41,653 nt of DNA from Methanobacteriota archaeon (GCA_027064305.1 JAMOPY010000009.1:1-41653), one strand, 5' to 3'; shown: positions 30,315 to 39,898, counted from the stretch's first letter. The notes: generated from the letters alone by a model not told the origin. Numbers and translations are program-made.

Positions 30315-32117
30315 TCACGTGCCGTAGAACGGGTCCTCTCGGCGCTTGATCTCCGCGATCTCCTCCAGCACCTCCCGCTCGTCCTCGGTGAGCAGGTCCC
30401 AGAACTCCTCGAACATCAGCCTGGCGTGCTCCGACGGCACGTCCGTGTAGAGGATGTCGCCCTCCTCGAAGTGGCGGCCCACGATCGGTCCCTCGATCGA
30501 GATGGCCACCTCCTCGCCCCGCTTGGCCTCCTCCTGCGGCTCCCCGTGCGACTGGATCTGCTTGATCCGGCCCAGCTCCCGACCGTCCTCGCGCATGAGC
30601 GGGTAGCCGGGCTTGATGACGCCGCCGAGGACGCGGACGCCCACGATCGCCGGCTTGCTCTGGCGGAAGATGTAGCCGGGCAGGACCTTGACCTTGCCCG
30701 GGCGGACGAGCTCGTCCAGGCGGCGACGGCGCTCCCGCTCGATCCGCTTCTCCACCATCTCCTCGTACTTCTCCACCAGCTCGTAGATCACGTCGTCGAT
30801 GATGATGTCCACGTCGTACTCCTCCGCCAGCTCCTCCGCCTCCTCGGTGATGCCCACGTTGAACCCCACGATCACGCCCAGGCGCGGATCCTTCTCGGCG
30901 ACCGCGTGCGCCTCGATCACGTCCTCCTTCGTGATGTCACCCACGTCGGCGCGCCGGATGGGGACCTCCTTCTCCTTGAACTCGCCCACCACGGCCTCCA
31001 GCGTGCCGAGCGTGTCCGCCTTGATGATGATCCCGTCCTTGTCCGTCTCGATCGTGACCTCTTCCACCTCCTGCTGCACCTCCTTCACGACCTCCTCCAC
31101 GTCCTCGTCCTCCCCCACGACCCGCAGCGGGGTCCCGGCGATCGCCCGGTCCAGCTCCGGCGCGCTGATCTTCACGCCGGCCGCGGCGCTCACCTCATCC
31201 ACCTTCCGGAACCGGTCGCTCGGGTCGCGCATCTCGTCCATCGGCTTGGGCTTCAGCAGCGAGCGGACGCGGGTGACGATCGGCTCCTCTGGGTGGCCGA
31301 TGACGATCCGGTCGCCCGTCCGGATGATCCCGTCGTAGAGAATCGCGTCCACCGTGTGGCCCAGGCCCGGCTCCTTCTTGACCTCCAGGATCGCGGCCTT
31401 CCCGGGACCGCTCACCTCGATCCTGAGCTGCTCCTCCAGGAACCGCTGGGCGAGCCCCGTCACGACCATGAGCAGCTCGGGGATGCCCTCCCCGGTGATC
31501 CCGCTCGTGGGGACGATGGCGACCGTGCGCGTGAAGTCCCGCACCCGGTCGAAGCGTTCCGCCTGGAACCCGTGCTGGTGCAGCTGGCCGATGAGCTCGT
31601 AGATCTTCTCCTCCACCCGCTTCTGCACCTCCGGGGACTGCTTCTGGAACGACTCCAGGAAGGGAGAGTCCTCGTGCGGCTGCCAGCCGGGGACCCGGTC
31701 CACCTTGTTCGCCGCGACCACGAACGGCGTCTTGTAGCGGCGGAGGATCCGCAGGGCCTCCTCGGTCTGGGGCATGACGCCTTCCATGATGTCGATGACC
31801 AGGATCGCGATGTCCGCGAGGGCGCCCCCGCGGCGGCGGAGGTTGGTGAAGGCCTCGTGACCGGGCGTGTCGATGAACAGGAGACCCGGGATCGTGAGCT
31901 CCACGTCGAGCTGCTCGAGCAGGGGCCCGCAAATCTCCTTTATCACGTCCAGCGGGATCTCCGACGCGCCGATGTGCTGCGTGATGCCGCCCGCCTCCTT
32001 GGCGGCCACGGCGGTCCCCCGGATCTTGTCCAGGAGGGTCGTCTTACCGTGATCCACGTGCCCCAGCACCGATATGATGGGTTGCCGGATCACCTTCTCA
32101 CCCTCGCTCAACTTCAA
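30315..32117 (-). CDS. infB: Translation initiation factor aIF5B (IF-2)
   Basis: RQPIISVLGHVDHGKT, EAGGITQHIGA, IDTPGHEAF, NKVD and KADTLGTLEA. Confidence 0.97.
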   Translation of the reverse strand: MKLSEGEKVIRQPIISVLGHVDHGKTTLLDKIRGTAVAAKEAGGITQHIGASEIPLDVIKEICGPLLEQLDVELTIPGLLFIDTPGHEAFTNLRRRGGALADIAILVIDIMEGVMPQTEEALRILRRYKTPFVVAANKVDRVPGWQPHEDSPFLESFQKQSPEVQKRVEEKIYELIGQLHQHGFQAERFDRVRDFTRTVAIVPTSGITGEGIPELLMVVTGLAQRFLEEQLRIEVSGPGKAAILEVKKEPGLGHTVDAILYDGIIRTGDRIVIGHPEEPIVTRVRSLLKPKPMDEMRDPSDRFRKVDEVSAAAGVKISAPELDRAIAGTPLRVVGEDEDVEEVVKEVQQEVEEVTIETDKDGIIIKADTLGTLEAVVGEFKEKEVPIRRADVGDITKEDVIEAHAVAEKDPRLGVIVGFNVGITEEAEELAEEYDVDIIIDDVIYELVEKYEEMVEKRIERERRRRLDELVRPGKVKVLPGYIFRQSKPAIVGVRVLGGVIKPGYPLMREDGRELGRIKQIQSHGEPQEEAKRGEEVAISIEGPIVGRHFEEGDILYTDVPSEHARLMFEEFWDLLTEDEREVLEEIAEIKRREDPFYGT

Positions 32118-32166
32118 CCGTCCCCCAACGCCCTTTCAACGGTCTTCAGGCCGGACTGCACCCACA

Positions 32167-32175
32167 ATTTAAACG
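32167..32175. promoter_or_regulatory. Palindromic TATA (ATTTAAACG) between the divergent infB and rdgB
   Basis: TTTAAA reads the same on both strands and is flanked by CACCCA/TGGGTG inverted arms. Confidence 0.65.
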
Positions 32176-32195
32176 TTGGGTGGGGGCGGCGCCGC

Positions 32196-32759
32196 TTGAA
32201 GATCCTCGTCGCCACCGGAAACCGGGCCAAGTTCCGGGAGATGAGGGACATCCTCCGGGAGCACGGGATCGAGGCGGAGCGCGTGGACGTGGACTACCCG
32301 GAGCTGCAGTCGGACAGCCCGGAGGAGATCGCGGCCCACGGGGCCCGGTACTGCGCCGAATCGCTCGGTAAGCCGGTGATCGTGGAGGACTCGGGCCTGT
32401 TCGTGGACGCGCTGAACGGGTTCCCGGGCCCGTACTCCGCCTACGTGTACGAGACGATCGGAAACGAGGGTATCCTCCGACTGCTGGAGGGCGAGGAGGA
32501 CCGCTCGGCCCGGTTCATCTCCGTGGTCGGGTACTGCGAGCCCGGTGGGAAGCCCGTGACGTTCACCGGGGAGGTGCGCGGGCGGATCGCGGAGGAACCG
32601 CGCGGGGAGGAGGGGTTCGGGTACGATCCCATCTTCATCCCGGAGGGCCGAGAAAAAACGTTCGCCGAGCTGGGCGTTGAGGAAAAATGTAAAATGTCGC
32701 ACCGAGCCCGGGCCCTCGAGAAGTTCGCGAGATGGTTCAAGCGCCACGCGGGGCGATGA
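32196..32759 (+). CDS. rdgB: dITP/XTP pyrophosphatase (Ham1/RdgB family)
   Basis: ATGNRAK, EDSGLFVDALNGFPGPYS, GFGYDPIF and SHR. It is the C-terminal part of the 777-aa shadow ORF, start TTG 32196. Confidence 0.95.
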   Translation: MKILVATGNRAKFREMRDILREHGIEAERVDVDYPELQSDSPEEIAAHGARYCAESLGKPVIVEDSGLFVDALNGFPGPYSAYVYETIGNEGILRLLEGEEDRSARFISVVGYCEPGGKPVTFTGEVRGRIAEEPRGEEGFGYDPIFIPEGREKTFAELGVEEKCKMSHRARALEKFARWFKRHAGR

Positions 32760-32762
32760 GCG

Positions 32763-33212
32763 ATGGCGCGCATGCACTCGCGGGACAAGGGCAAGTCCGG
32801 CTCCACCCGGCCCCCGCGCGTGGCCCCGCCCTCGTGGGTGGAGTACTCGCCCGAGGAGGTGGAGAGCCTGGTCGTGGACCTGGCCAAGCAGGGCTACGAG
32901 CCCGCGATGATCGGGATCAAGCTGCGCGACGAGTACGGGATCCCGGACGTGAAGCTGATCACGGGCAAGAAGATCACCGAGATCCTGGAGGAGCACGGGC
33001 TGGCCCCGGAGATCCCGGAGGACCTACTGAACCTGATCCGGCGGGCCAAGCGACTCCGCGAGCACCTGAAGCGGCACCCCAAGGACCTGCACTCGCGGCG
33101 CGGACTGCAGCTGATCGAGTCGAAGATCCACCGGCTGGTGCGGTACTACAAGCGGAAGGGCAAGCTGCCCGAGGACTGGCGGTACGACCCGGAGGCCCTG
33201 CACGTCGAGTAG
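32763..33212 (+). CDS. rps15: 30S ribosomal protein S15 (S13e)
   Basis: [21 protein letters not shown] and [14 protein letters not shown]. Confidence 0.97.
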   Translation: MARMHSRDKGKSGSTRPPRVAPPSWVEYSPEEVESLVVDLAKQGYEPAMIGIKLRDEYGIPDVKLITGKKITEILEEHGLAPEIPEDLLNLIRRAKRLREHLKRHPKDLHSRRGLQLIESKIHRLVRYYKRKGKLPEDWRYDPEALHVE

Positions 33213-33228
33213 GCCGACCCCCGGCCGA

Positions 33229-33251
33229 ATCGTTACGAGCCGATTAACGAT
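33229..33251. repeat. 23-bp palindromic element, copy 2
   Basis: ATCGTTA-CGAGCCGAT-TAACGAT flanked by ACCCCCG/CGGGGGT. Confidence 0.85.
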
Positions 33252-33278
33252 CGACGGGGGTGAAAAGGGGAGATACCT

Positions 33279-34573
33279 TGAGCGAGGACCGCTGGAGCGA
33301 GCTGGAGGAGCTGATGGGGGAGGGCGCCGACCTACTCTCCGACCTGAAGGGACACGCGGTCCGCGTGTACACGCACAACGACGCGGACGGGCTCTCCGCC
33401 GGGGCCATCCTGACCTTCACCCTCCGGTGCCTGAGGATCCCGGCCACCGTCCGCGTGCTGGACAACGAGTCCGACGTGCTGGAGCACGGGCTCGACGGCC
33501 CCACCATCCTCCTGGACATGGGCAGCGGCATCCTGCGCCACCTCTCCTCCGATCACCCGGTGCTCGTCGTGGACCACCACGAGGCGCCCGACGAGGCGCC
33601 CGACAACGTCACCCTGGTGAACCCGCGCCGGTGCGGGTTCAACGGCGGGACCGAGGCCTCCGCGTCCACCGTGACCTACCTACTCTGCAAGTTCTTGGTC
33701 AAGCTGGAGCGCACGGAGCTCCCCAAAACGGCCCTGGTGGGCGCCTACGGGGACAACCAGGCCGACCGGCGCGGGGTGCGCGGGCTGAACCGGATCCCGG
33801 AGCGGGACGGGGAGGAGGGCGAGGTCCTGGAGCCCCGGGACCCCGCGTACTGGACGTACGGGCGCGCCACCATGACCGTCGGGGAGATCGTGGAGACGCT
33901 GTCCGGCCCGGAGGTCCGGCGAGCGCTCGAGGCCCGGTTCGGGGAGCTGGACCGGCCCCCGGTCGAGCTGCCCCGGGAAGAGGAGTGCGAGATCGTGGAG
34001 GAACACGCCCAGCTGACTGACTTGAACGGGAAGACCGGGTACATCCACGTCTTCCGCGACGAGCGACCGCTGGCGGAGCTGAGGGATCCGCTGGAGACGG
34101 CCACCCTACTCAACGCCTGCGGGCGGTACGGTGAGGGTTGGGTCGGGCTGGTCGTCGCCATGGGATGCTGGGACCACCTGGACCGGGCCAAGCGCCTCCG
34201 ACGCAAGCACAGGGCCGTGATCCGGGAGGCGCTGTCCAGGCTCGAGCGCGGTCAGGGCGTGCGGGACCGCGACGGCTACCTGCTCGTCGAGGGCGACCGG
34301 CTCGGCGTGCCTCCCACCGTGATCGGCATCGTCTCCCAGATCGTGTGCGAGAACGAGGGTAAGGTCGTGGTGGGCGTGTCCCGCGTGGACGATGACACGG
34401 TTAAGGTCTCGATCCGATGCCCCGAGGACAGCGGGGTGGACGCGGGCGAGCTCGCCAGCGAGGCCGCCGAGCGGGTGGGTGGCGAGGGGGGCGGGCACGA
34501 GCGGGCGGCCGGGGCCGAGATCCCGGCGGACCGACTGGACGAGTTCCTCAGGTGCCTGGAGCGGACGCTGTGA
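33279..34573 (+). CDS. DHH/DHHA1 RecJ-like phosphoesterase
   Basis: HNDADG, LLDMGS, VDHH, GD, LLNACGR and GGGHERAAGA. Conserved position after rps15. Start TTG 33279. Confidence 0.9.
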
Positions 34574-34575
34574 GG

Positions 34576-35043
34576 CTACCGCTCCTCGTACAGCCAGCCC
34601 TCGTCGCACCGCTCGTACTCCACGATCGGGGGCTCCTCCCCAAACACGACCTTGATCTCCCGCTCCGCGGACTCCGGCGAGTCCGCCGCGTGCACCACGT
34701 TCCGACCGATGTCCAGCGCGAAGTCCCCCCGGATCGTGCCCGGGTCAGCCTCCACGGGATCGGTGGCCCCGATCAGGTTCCTCACCACCTTCACCGCCTC
34801 CCGGCCCTCCACGATCATCGCCACCACGGGACCGGACGTGACGTACTCCACCAGGTCGTCGAAGAACGGCTTGTCCCGGTGCTCCGCGTAGAGCTCCTCC
34901 GCCGTCTCCCGATCGAGCCGCATCATCCGCATCGCCACGATCTTCAGACCCTTCCGCTCCAGCCTCCTGATAACCTCACCGACCAGCCCGCGGACTACCC
35001 CGTCGGGCTTAATCATCACGAACTCCCGCTGCACGTCCGGCAC
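34576..35043 (-). CDS. ndk: Nucleoside diphosphate kinase
   Basis: [23 protein letters not shown] and RNVVHAADS. Confidence 0.97.
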   Translation of the reverse strand: MPDVQREFVMIKPDGVVRGLVGEVIRRLERKGLKIVAMRMMRLDRETAEELYAEHRDKPFFDDLVEYVTSGPVVAMIVEGREAVKVVRNLIGATDPVEADPGTIRGDFALDIGRNVVHAADSPESAEREIKVVFGEEPPIVEYERCDEGWLYEER

Positions 35044-35076
35044 GCACATCCCCGGCCACGCGCCCGCCCGACCGGC

Positions 35077-36240
35077 TTAATCACCTTTGCGGACTACCCG
35101 CACCACCGGCACCCCCTCCGGCACCTCACCTACCCTAACGCGCAGCCGCTCCCTCACCCGACGACCCAGCTCCCCCACGAACTCCACCCCCACCACCCGA
35201 CCCGACCGCACCCACCGCTCCAGCACCCGCGCGACCCGACCCGCGTCCACCTCCTCGCAGTACCCGCCCGAATCCCCACCGATCACCACCCCGAACCGAT
35301 CCCACCGGTCCGAGGCCACCCTCAGCGCGTACTCCACCGTCTCCTCATTCACCGCCGGATGAACGTCCACGAGCCCACCGTCCCGAGGCTCCAATCGACC
35401 CCGCACGAACCCGCGCCCCCGGGCCGCCGACACGTCCTCCCGATCCGCCAACCCGGAGAGCACGGCGACCACCGCCGCCAGCCCGAAGCAGCGGTCGTGA
35501 AAGTCGATCCCGAACGGTTCCCACCCCAGGGACAGGCCGGGGGCCCGAGCGCGTCCGGGACCCACCTCCACCCGAATCACCCCGGGCCCGCGCAGGCCGA
35601 CCCTCACCGCCTCCCGGGACTCAACAACGACCCTGGATCCCACCTCCACCGCCTCTCGGATCGTGCGAACCTTCGCCCGGACGGCCGACCTCCGACCCCC
35701 CGCGATCCGGTAGTCGTACGGAGCCCCGGTGAACACCGCCCAGTCCGCCGCCGGGGTGACCCCCAGCGAGACCTCGCAGACGTAGGGCGGGCGGCAGTCC
35801 CTCACCACCTCCAGCACCCGGGCGGGCGTGACCGACGGCCGACCCACGGGCGACTCGTCCGTCGTCGACACGGCCGGATCGTGGCCCGCCTCCTCCAGGA
35901 TCCGGGCCAGGTACGTGGCGGTCGTGGTCTTCCCTCTCACCCCGGTCACCTCGAACAGCGGGCCCTCCTTGAGCCCGCCCGCCAGGGCCCCGGACAGCGC
36001 GTGGTGAGTGACCCTCGGGCCGCGCACGGGCCCGTAGTCGACGCCGCAGTGCACGGGCACGGCTACGAGATCGTACGACCCGAAGGCGCGCCGGACCACC
36101 GGGTACCCCCGCGGTTCCCGGAACGTGCCGTACACGTCGACGAGCACGACGTCCAGGCCCAGCTCGTGCAGGAAGTCGCTCAGTACCACCCCTCCGTGGG
36201 TGGCGTCGACGACACAGGCTCGAGCCTCCGGAGCACCCAC
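35077..36240 (-). CDS. cfbE: Coenzyme F430 synthase (Mur-ligase-like)
   Basis: VVDATHGG, DVYG, PVH, THH, EVTGVRGKTTTA, SVTPA, EVSLG, DYRIAGG and CEE. Start GTG 36240. Confidence 0.85.
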   Translation of the reverse strand: MGAPEARACVVDATHGGVVLSDFLHELGLDVVLVDVYGTFREPRGYPVVRRAFGSYDLVAVPVHCGVDYGPVRGPRVTHHALSGALAGGLKEGPLFEVTGVRGKTTTATYLARILEEAGHDPAVSTTDESPVGRPSVTPARVLEVVRDCRPPYVCEVSLGVTPAADWAVFTGAPYDYRIAGGRRSAVRAKVRTIREAVEVGSRVVVESREAVRVGLRGPGVIRVEVGPGRARAPGLSLGWEPFGIDFHDRCFGLAAVVAVLSGLADREDVSAARGRGFVRGRLEPRDGGLVDVHPAVNEETVEYALRVASDRWDRFGVVIGGDSGGYCEEVDAGRVARVLERWVRSGRVVGVEFVGELGRRVRERLRVRVGEVPEGVPVVRVVRKGD

Positions 36241-37337
36241 CGCTCCTCCCGCTCGGTCAGCCGCAAGGCGGCGGAGGGCGTCGAGGAGCAGGCGACCACC
36301 GTGCAAACGGGCTCACCTCCCGGCACGATCGTGCCCGGTCGGACCCGATCCCGGGCCCGGGAGAGACGGCCCGCGCGGACGGTCCCGGGGGCGTAAACGA
36401 CCCGCTTGCAGGCCCATCCCCGCACCCGCACCCGCTTCAGGCGCAGCTCGCCCCGGCAGGCGGAGGAGTGGACGGTCATCGGGTTGACGTCGGCGACCCG
36501 GGCGAGGCACTCGGTGGCGGCCGTGGGACGGGGGTTCACCTCCACGAGGTAGAACGTGTCGCCCTCCAGGACCCCGTCCACCCCGTTCAGCCCCACCAGG
36601 CCCAGCTCCTCGGTGACCACCCGGCAGACCCGCTCTAGCTGCCGGCGCACCCTCGGGACGAGGTGAAACGGGGAGGGCACGAGGTTCCCCCGGTAGGCGT
36701 AGCCGTCACCGTCCAGATCCACCAGCTGGTCGTTGACGGAGAGGAGGACCGCGTCGGAGCCGTCGGACAGGAACAGGGCGCTCACGTGACGACCCTTGAG
36801 CAGCCGCTGGAAGATCACCCCGGGCCGGGGCTCGGCCCGCTCCCGCTCCACCCGACGGACGCCCACGCCTCCGGCCCCGCTCACCGGCTTCTCCACGATC
36901 ACCCGGCCCGGGACCTCGCCCGGGTCGCGGGAGGTCTCGGGCATTGGAACGAGGTCCGAGAGCCGCCGGTAGAGCTCCCACTTATCGCCGGCCCGACGCA
37001 CGACCCCGGGCGGGTTCCCCAGGAACTCGGCTCCCAGCCGCCTGGCCACCCGGTGCGCGGGTTCGACGGCGAACTCGGACGTGGGGACGATCGAGTCCGG
37101 CTCCAGCTCCCTCAGCCGCTCCTCCAGCCAGCCCGAGGGGGGCGTCCGGAACGGGGGCAGGACGCGACCGGGGCCCTCCCGAACGTACGGGACCACCCTC
37201 CCGGGCTGATCCTCCGGGTCGTAGAACTGCACCGAGCACGCGGGTCCGCCCGGATAAAGCTCGCAGAACTGCCGGTTGACCACCCCTACGAAGGCCACCT
37301 TACAGGAGTCGGAGGAGCTTGAGCGCCCGCTCGGCAA
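36180..37337 (-). CDS. ATP-grasp carboligase (COG2232-like, methanogen/C1-cofactor associated)
   Basis: LGNPP, DKWEL, KPVSGAGG, YRGN, GLVGLNGVD and VEVNPR. Start uncertain. Confidence 0.85.
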   Translation of the reverse strand: MPSGRSSSSDSCKVAFVGVVNRQFCELYPGGPACSVQFYDPEDQPGRVVPYVREGPGRVLPPFRTPPSGWLEERLRELEPDSIVPTSEFAVEPAHRVARRLGAEFLGNPPGVVRRAGDKWELYRRLSDLVPMPETSRDPGEVPGRVIVEKPVSGAGGVGVRRVERERAEPRPGVIFQRLLKGRHVSALFLSDGSDAVLLSVNDQLVDLDGDGYAYRGNLVPSPFHLVPRVRRQLERVCRVVTEELGLVGLNGVDGVLEGDTFYLVEVNPRPTAATECLARVADVNPMTVHSSACRGELRLKRVRVRGWACKRVVYAPGTVRAGRLSRARDRVRPGTIVPGGEPVCTVVACSSTPSAALRLTEREERWVLRRLEPVSSTPPTEGWY

Positions 37338-37848
37338 CCTTCAGGTCCCTCAGGGCCTCCTCCGGATCCTCGGTACTGACGGCCCGGTCCAGCCACGTTC
37401 GAACCACGGACAGGACGACCTCCCGAAGCTCCTCCTCCGACTCGACCGGTCGCGCCTGGGGCTCACCCTCCTCGACGACGGCCTCCTCCCCTTCCTCCCC
37501 CTCGTCCTCACCCTCCTCGGCCTCCTCACCCTCGCCCTCTTCCGACTCCTCGGTTTCCTCTTCCTCCTCCGACGTCTCCTCGACCTCCTCCGCCTCCTCC
37601 GGCCCGGACCCGGGCTCCGGACCCTCGACCGACCCCGACTCGGCCTCCTCCCGCCGGCCACGCTCGACCATCGTGAGCTTACCCTTGACCACCTCGAACT
37701 TGGCCCCGCAGACGGGGCACACGACCCGCTTGGTCTTGGGGTGCTGGAAGAGCGGCGCCTTGCAGTCCGGGCAGTGGATGCCGAGCATCTTGTACCCGGC
37801 GAGCAGCTTCTCGGCCATCCGGTTCAGGTCGGTCCGGCGGATGCTCAT
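37300..37848 (-). CDS. UPF0148 / autoantigen-p27-like Zn-ribbon protein with long acidic linker
   Basis: MAEKLLAGYKMLGIHCPDCKAPLF...VVCPVCG. Confidence 0.88.
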   Translation of the reverse strand: MSIRRTDLNRMAEKLLAGYKMLGIHCPDCKAPLFQHPKTKRVVCPVCGAKFEVVKGKLTMVERGRREEAESGSVEGPEPGSGPEEAEEVEETSEEEEETEESEEGEGEEAEEGEDEGEEGEEAVVEEGEPQARPVESEEELREVVLSVVRTWLDRAVSTEDPEEALRDLKVAERALKLLRLL

Positions 37849-37865
37849 CCCGGTCCGCTCTCCCC

Positions 37866-38351
37866 CTATGGGGCGAGCGCGGCGTACGGCGTTCGCATGA
37901 TGAACATGGGAACCCGGTCTCCCACCTCCTCCTCGATGATCTCTCTAACCTTATCCTCATCCTCCGTGATGATAAATAGGACGGACTGCTCCTCTCCCGT
38001 GTACCCACCCCGGCCCGTCATCTCCGTTACTCCTTCCCCTTCCTGAATCAATCGGTTAATCACATCCTCCGACTTATCCACCGGAACTATGGCGATAACC
38101 AGCGCCGGACCTAAGCTAACTTCAAGCCTTCCCACGATCCTTGCTATCTCGAAGTCGTTGTCGACCTTCATCTTCATCCTAGCCTGCTCTAAGTGGTTCC
38201 TAACCCCGGAAACCGTAATGCCAAGTTCCTCCGCGATCTCCCGGTACGACATCCCCTCGGATCGCATTACGGAAACCGTGGCTTGCCGTTCCGTAAGCCC
38301 GTACACGTCCATCAGCACCTCGACGACTTCCCGGTTAATCTTCGATTTCAC
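37866..38351 (-). CDS. LuxR/sigma70-r4-type HTH fused to a PII-like (DUF2179-type) domain
   Basis: LTERQ...EGMSYREIAEELGITVSGVRNHLEQAR, then GVTEMTGRGGYTGEEQSVLFII. Confidence 0.8.
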   Translation of the reverse strand: MKSKINREVVEVLMDVYGLTERQATVSVMRSEGMSYREIAEELGITVSGVRNHLEQARMKMKVDNDFEIARIVGRLEVSLGPALVIAIVPVDKSEDVINRLIQEGEGVTEMTGRGGYTGEEQSVLFIITEDEDKVREIIEEEVGDRVPMFIMRTPYAALAP

Positions 38352-38371
38352 GCCGGAGGGCCCCCGGGGCC

Positions 38372-38401
38372 GTAACTTCCAAAAAGTTTTTTCAAGGTTA
38401 C
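38372..38401. promoter_or_regulatory. Imperfect 30-bp palindrome over a divergent promoter, candidate operator
   Basis: GTAACTTCCAAAAAGTTTTTTCAAGGTTAC, 22 of 30 positions self-complementary. Confidence 0.55.
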
Positions 38402-38433
38402 CTGGGGCGGCGACCCAGGAGGGGGGTGGCGAC

Positions 38434-38703
38434 TTGTCGGACTACGAGGAGAAGTTCGAGCAGTGCTGCACGCTCCTTGAGGAGCGAATTGTTCAGGATG
38501 ACCAGGTGCCCAGGAACGTGCGCCGGGCGGCCAAGCAGGCGATCAAGGCGCTGAAGGAGGAGGGGCAGTCGCCCGGGGTGAGGGCCAGCACGGCCATCTC
38601 CACGCTGGAGGAGGTGGTCAACGACCAGAACACCCCGGAGTACGTGCGGCCCGTGCTGCTGCAGGTGATCGCCACGCTGGAGCAGGTTAAGGACGAAGTC
38701 TGA
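38434..38703 (+). CDS. UPF0147 family protein
   Basis: IVQDDQVPRNVRRAA, VRASTAISTLEEVVNDQNTP and LE end. TTG after GGAGGGGGGTG. Confidence 0.9.
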   Translation: MSDYEEKFEQCCTLLEERIVQDDQVPRNVRRAAKQAIKALKEEGQSPGVRASTAISTLEEVVNDQNTPEYVRPVLLQVIATLEQVKDEV

Positions 38704-39259
38704 CGGACAGCCGCGCCGCCTCCTCCAACGCCTCGGCGAGGGAGAGCGCCTCCATCGGGTTCTCCCCCACCACCAGGCCCCCGTGCCGCTCCAGCACGGC
38801 CGCCATCGGCTTCCTGGCCACCCGTCCCACCGCCCTGGCCAGCTCCTCGCTCCCTGGAGGGTGGTACTCGATCCACTCGACCGACCCCACGCTCCTTCTC
38901 AGGCCCTCCGTCACCCTGACCTTCCGGAGCGCGTGGGCCGCCTCCGTGACCCACGGGGAGTGAAAGTGGAGTACCACCCCATCACCCACCTTCTCGTACA
39001 CGGACAGGTGCATGGGTAGCTCCGAGGTGGGCTCACGCGTCCCCACCAGCCGCTCCCCGGACCCGGCGTCGACCACCGTGACGTGGCGCGGCCTCACGTC
39101 CGCCAGCCGGAACCCGGAGGGGGAGACGGCCACCCGGCCCTCCCGGCACGCGCTGACGTTGCCCGAGCCCCCGGCGGTGAGACCCCGTCGGTGCAGCTCG
39201 AGGCACAGGCGGGCCACCGTCCTCCTCAGCCCCGCCAGGGACCCCTCGGGCACCCTCAT
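38687..39259 (-). CDS. Class II aldolase/adducin family protein (fuculose-1-phosphate aldolase-like)
   Basis: GSGNVS, SPSG, PTSELPMH, LHFHSP, PGSEELA and HG. Confidence 0.9.
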   Translation of the reverse strand: MRVPEGSLAGLRRTVARLCLELHRRGLTAGGSGNVSACREGRVAVSPSGFRLADVRPRHVTVVDAGSGERLVGTREPTSELPMHLSVYEKVGDGVVLHFHSPWVTEAAHALRKVRVTEGLRRSVGSVEWIEYHPPGSEELARAVGRVARKPMAAVLERHGGLVVGENPMEALSLAEALEEAARLSVRLRP

Positions 39260-39870
39260 GACTTACGCTCCACCTTCTTGAGCCGTATCGAGTTCGGGTC
39301 GACGATCAGGTCGCCGCTCTGATCGAAGACCCCGGAGGCCTCCGCCTCGATGTAGTACGGGGTGGAGTAGATCACGATCGTCTCCCCCTTCGTCTTCACC
39401 CGTTCCACGTACCCCACCGCCTTGATCAGCACGTGGGCCCGCCGTCCGGGCTCCGGCCGGGTGTCGGCGTAGGCTCTAAGGCGACCCCCGGCGATCTCAT
39501 CGACGTGCGTGAGCCGGGTCAGCCGGTCGCACACGTCGTGGGCGTTGGCGATGTTCACCCGGTACCGGAACTCCACCTTCCGCTTCACCCGCTCCTTGAA
39601 CTGACTCGCCTTGTACCCGGTGTACTCCAGCAGGGTCTTCACGCCGCTGCTGAAGCTCGTCATGAACTGGACGTAGGCCATCGCGAGGTCGTGGGCCAGC
39701 GCGTCGTAGTCGCCACGGGCCAGGTCGGCGGTCGCGCGGAAGATCAGCCGGACGTCCACCGGCGACTTGCCGGACAGCGATATGGCGAACAGGAACCCGG
39801 AGACGGAGGACACCGAGAACACGATCACGGCCGCGAGGATCCTGGCCGCGATCGCGGTCGCTCGGGCCAC
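39256..39870 (-). CDS. Hypothetical protein with N-terminal membrane anchor
   Basis: GTG 39870 avoids overlap with DP1. Hydrophobic ILAAVIVFSVSSVSGFLFAISL, and ATGA coupling to the aldolase gene. Confidence 0.7.
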   Translation of the reverse strand: MARATAIAARILAAVIVFSVSSVSGFLFAISLSGKSPVDVRLIFRATADLARGDYDALAHDLAMAYVQFMTSFSSGVKTLLEYTGYKASQFKERVKRKVEFRYRVNIANAHDVCDRLTRLTHVDEIAGGRLRAYADTRPEPGRRAHVLIKAVGYVERVKTKGETIVIYSTPYYIEAEASGVFDQSGDLIVDPNSIRLKKVERKS

Positions 39871-39898
39871 GGTGCCCGTCCCCCGTGGGGTGAGGACC

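Noticed and set aside
30426-32195. 777-aa ORF suggesting a large N-terminal fusion to RdgB
   Set aside because: The upstream part is the antisense shadow of infB. RdgB has its own TATA and a TTG start at 32196.
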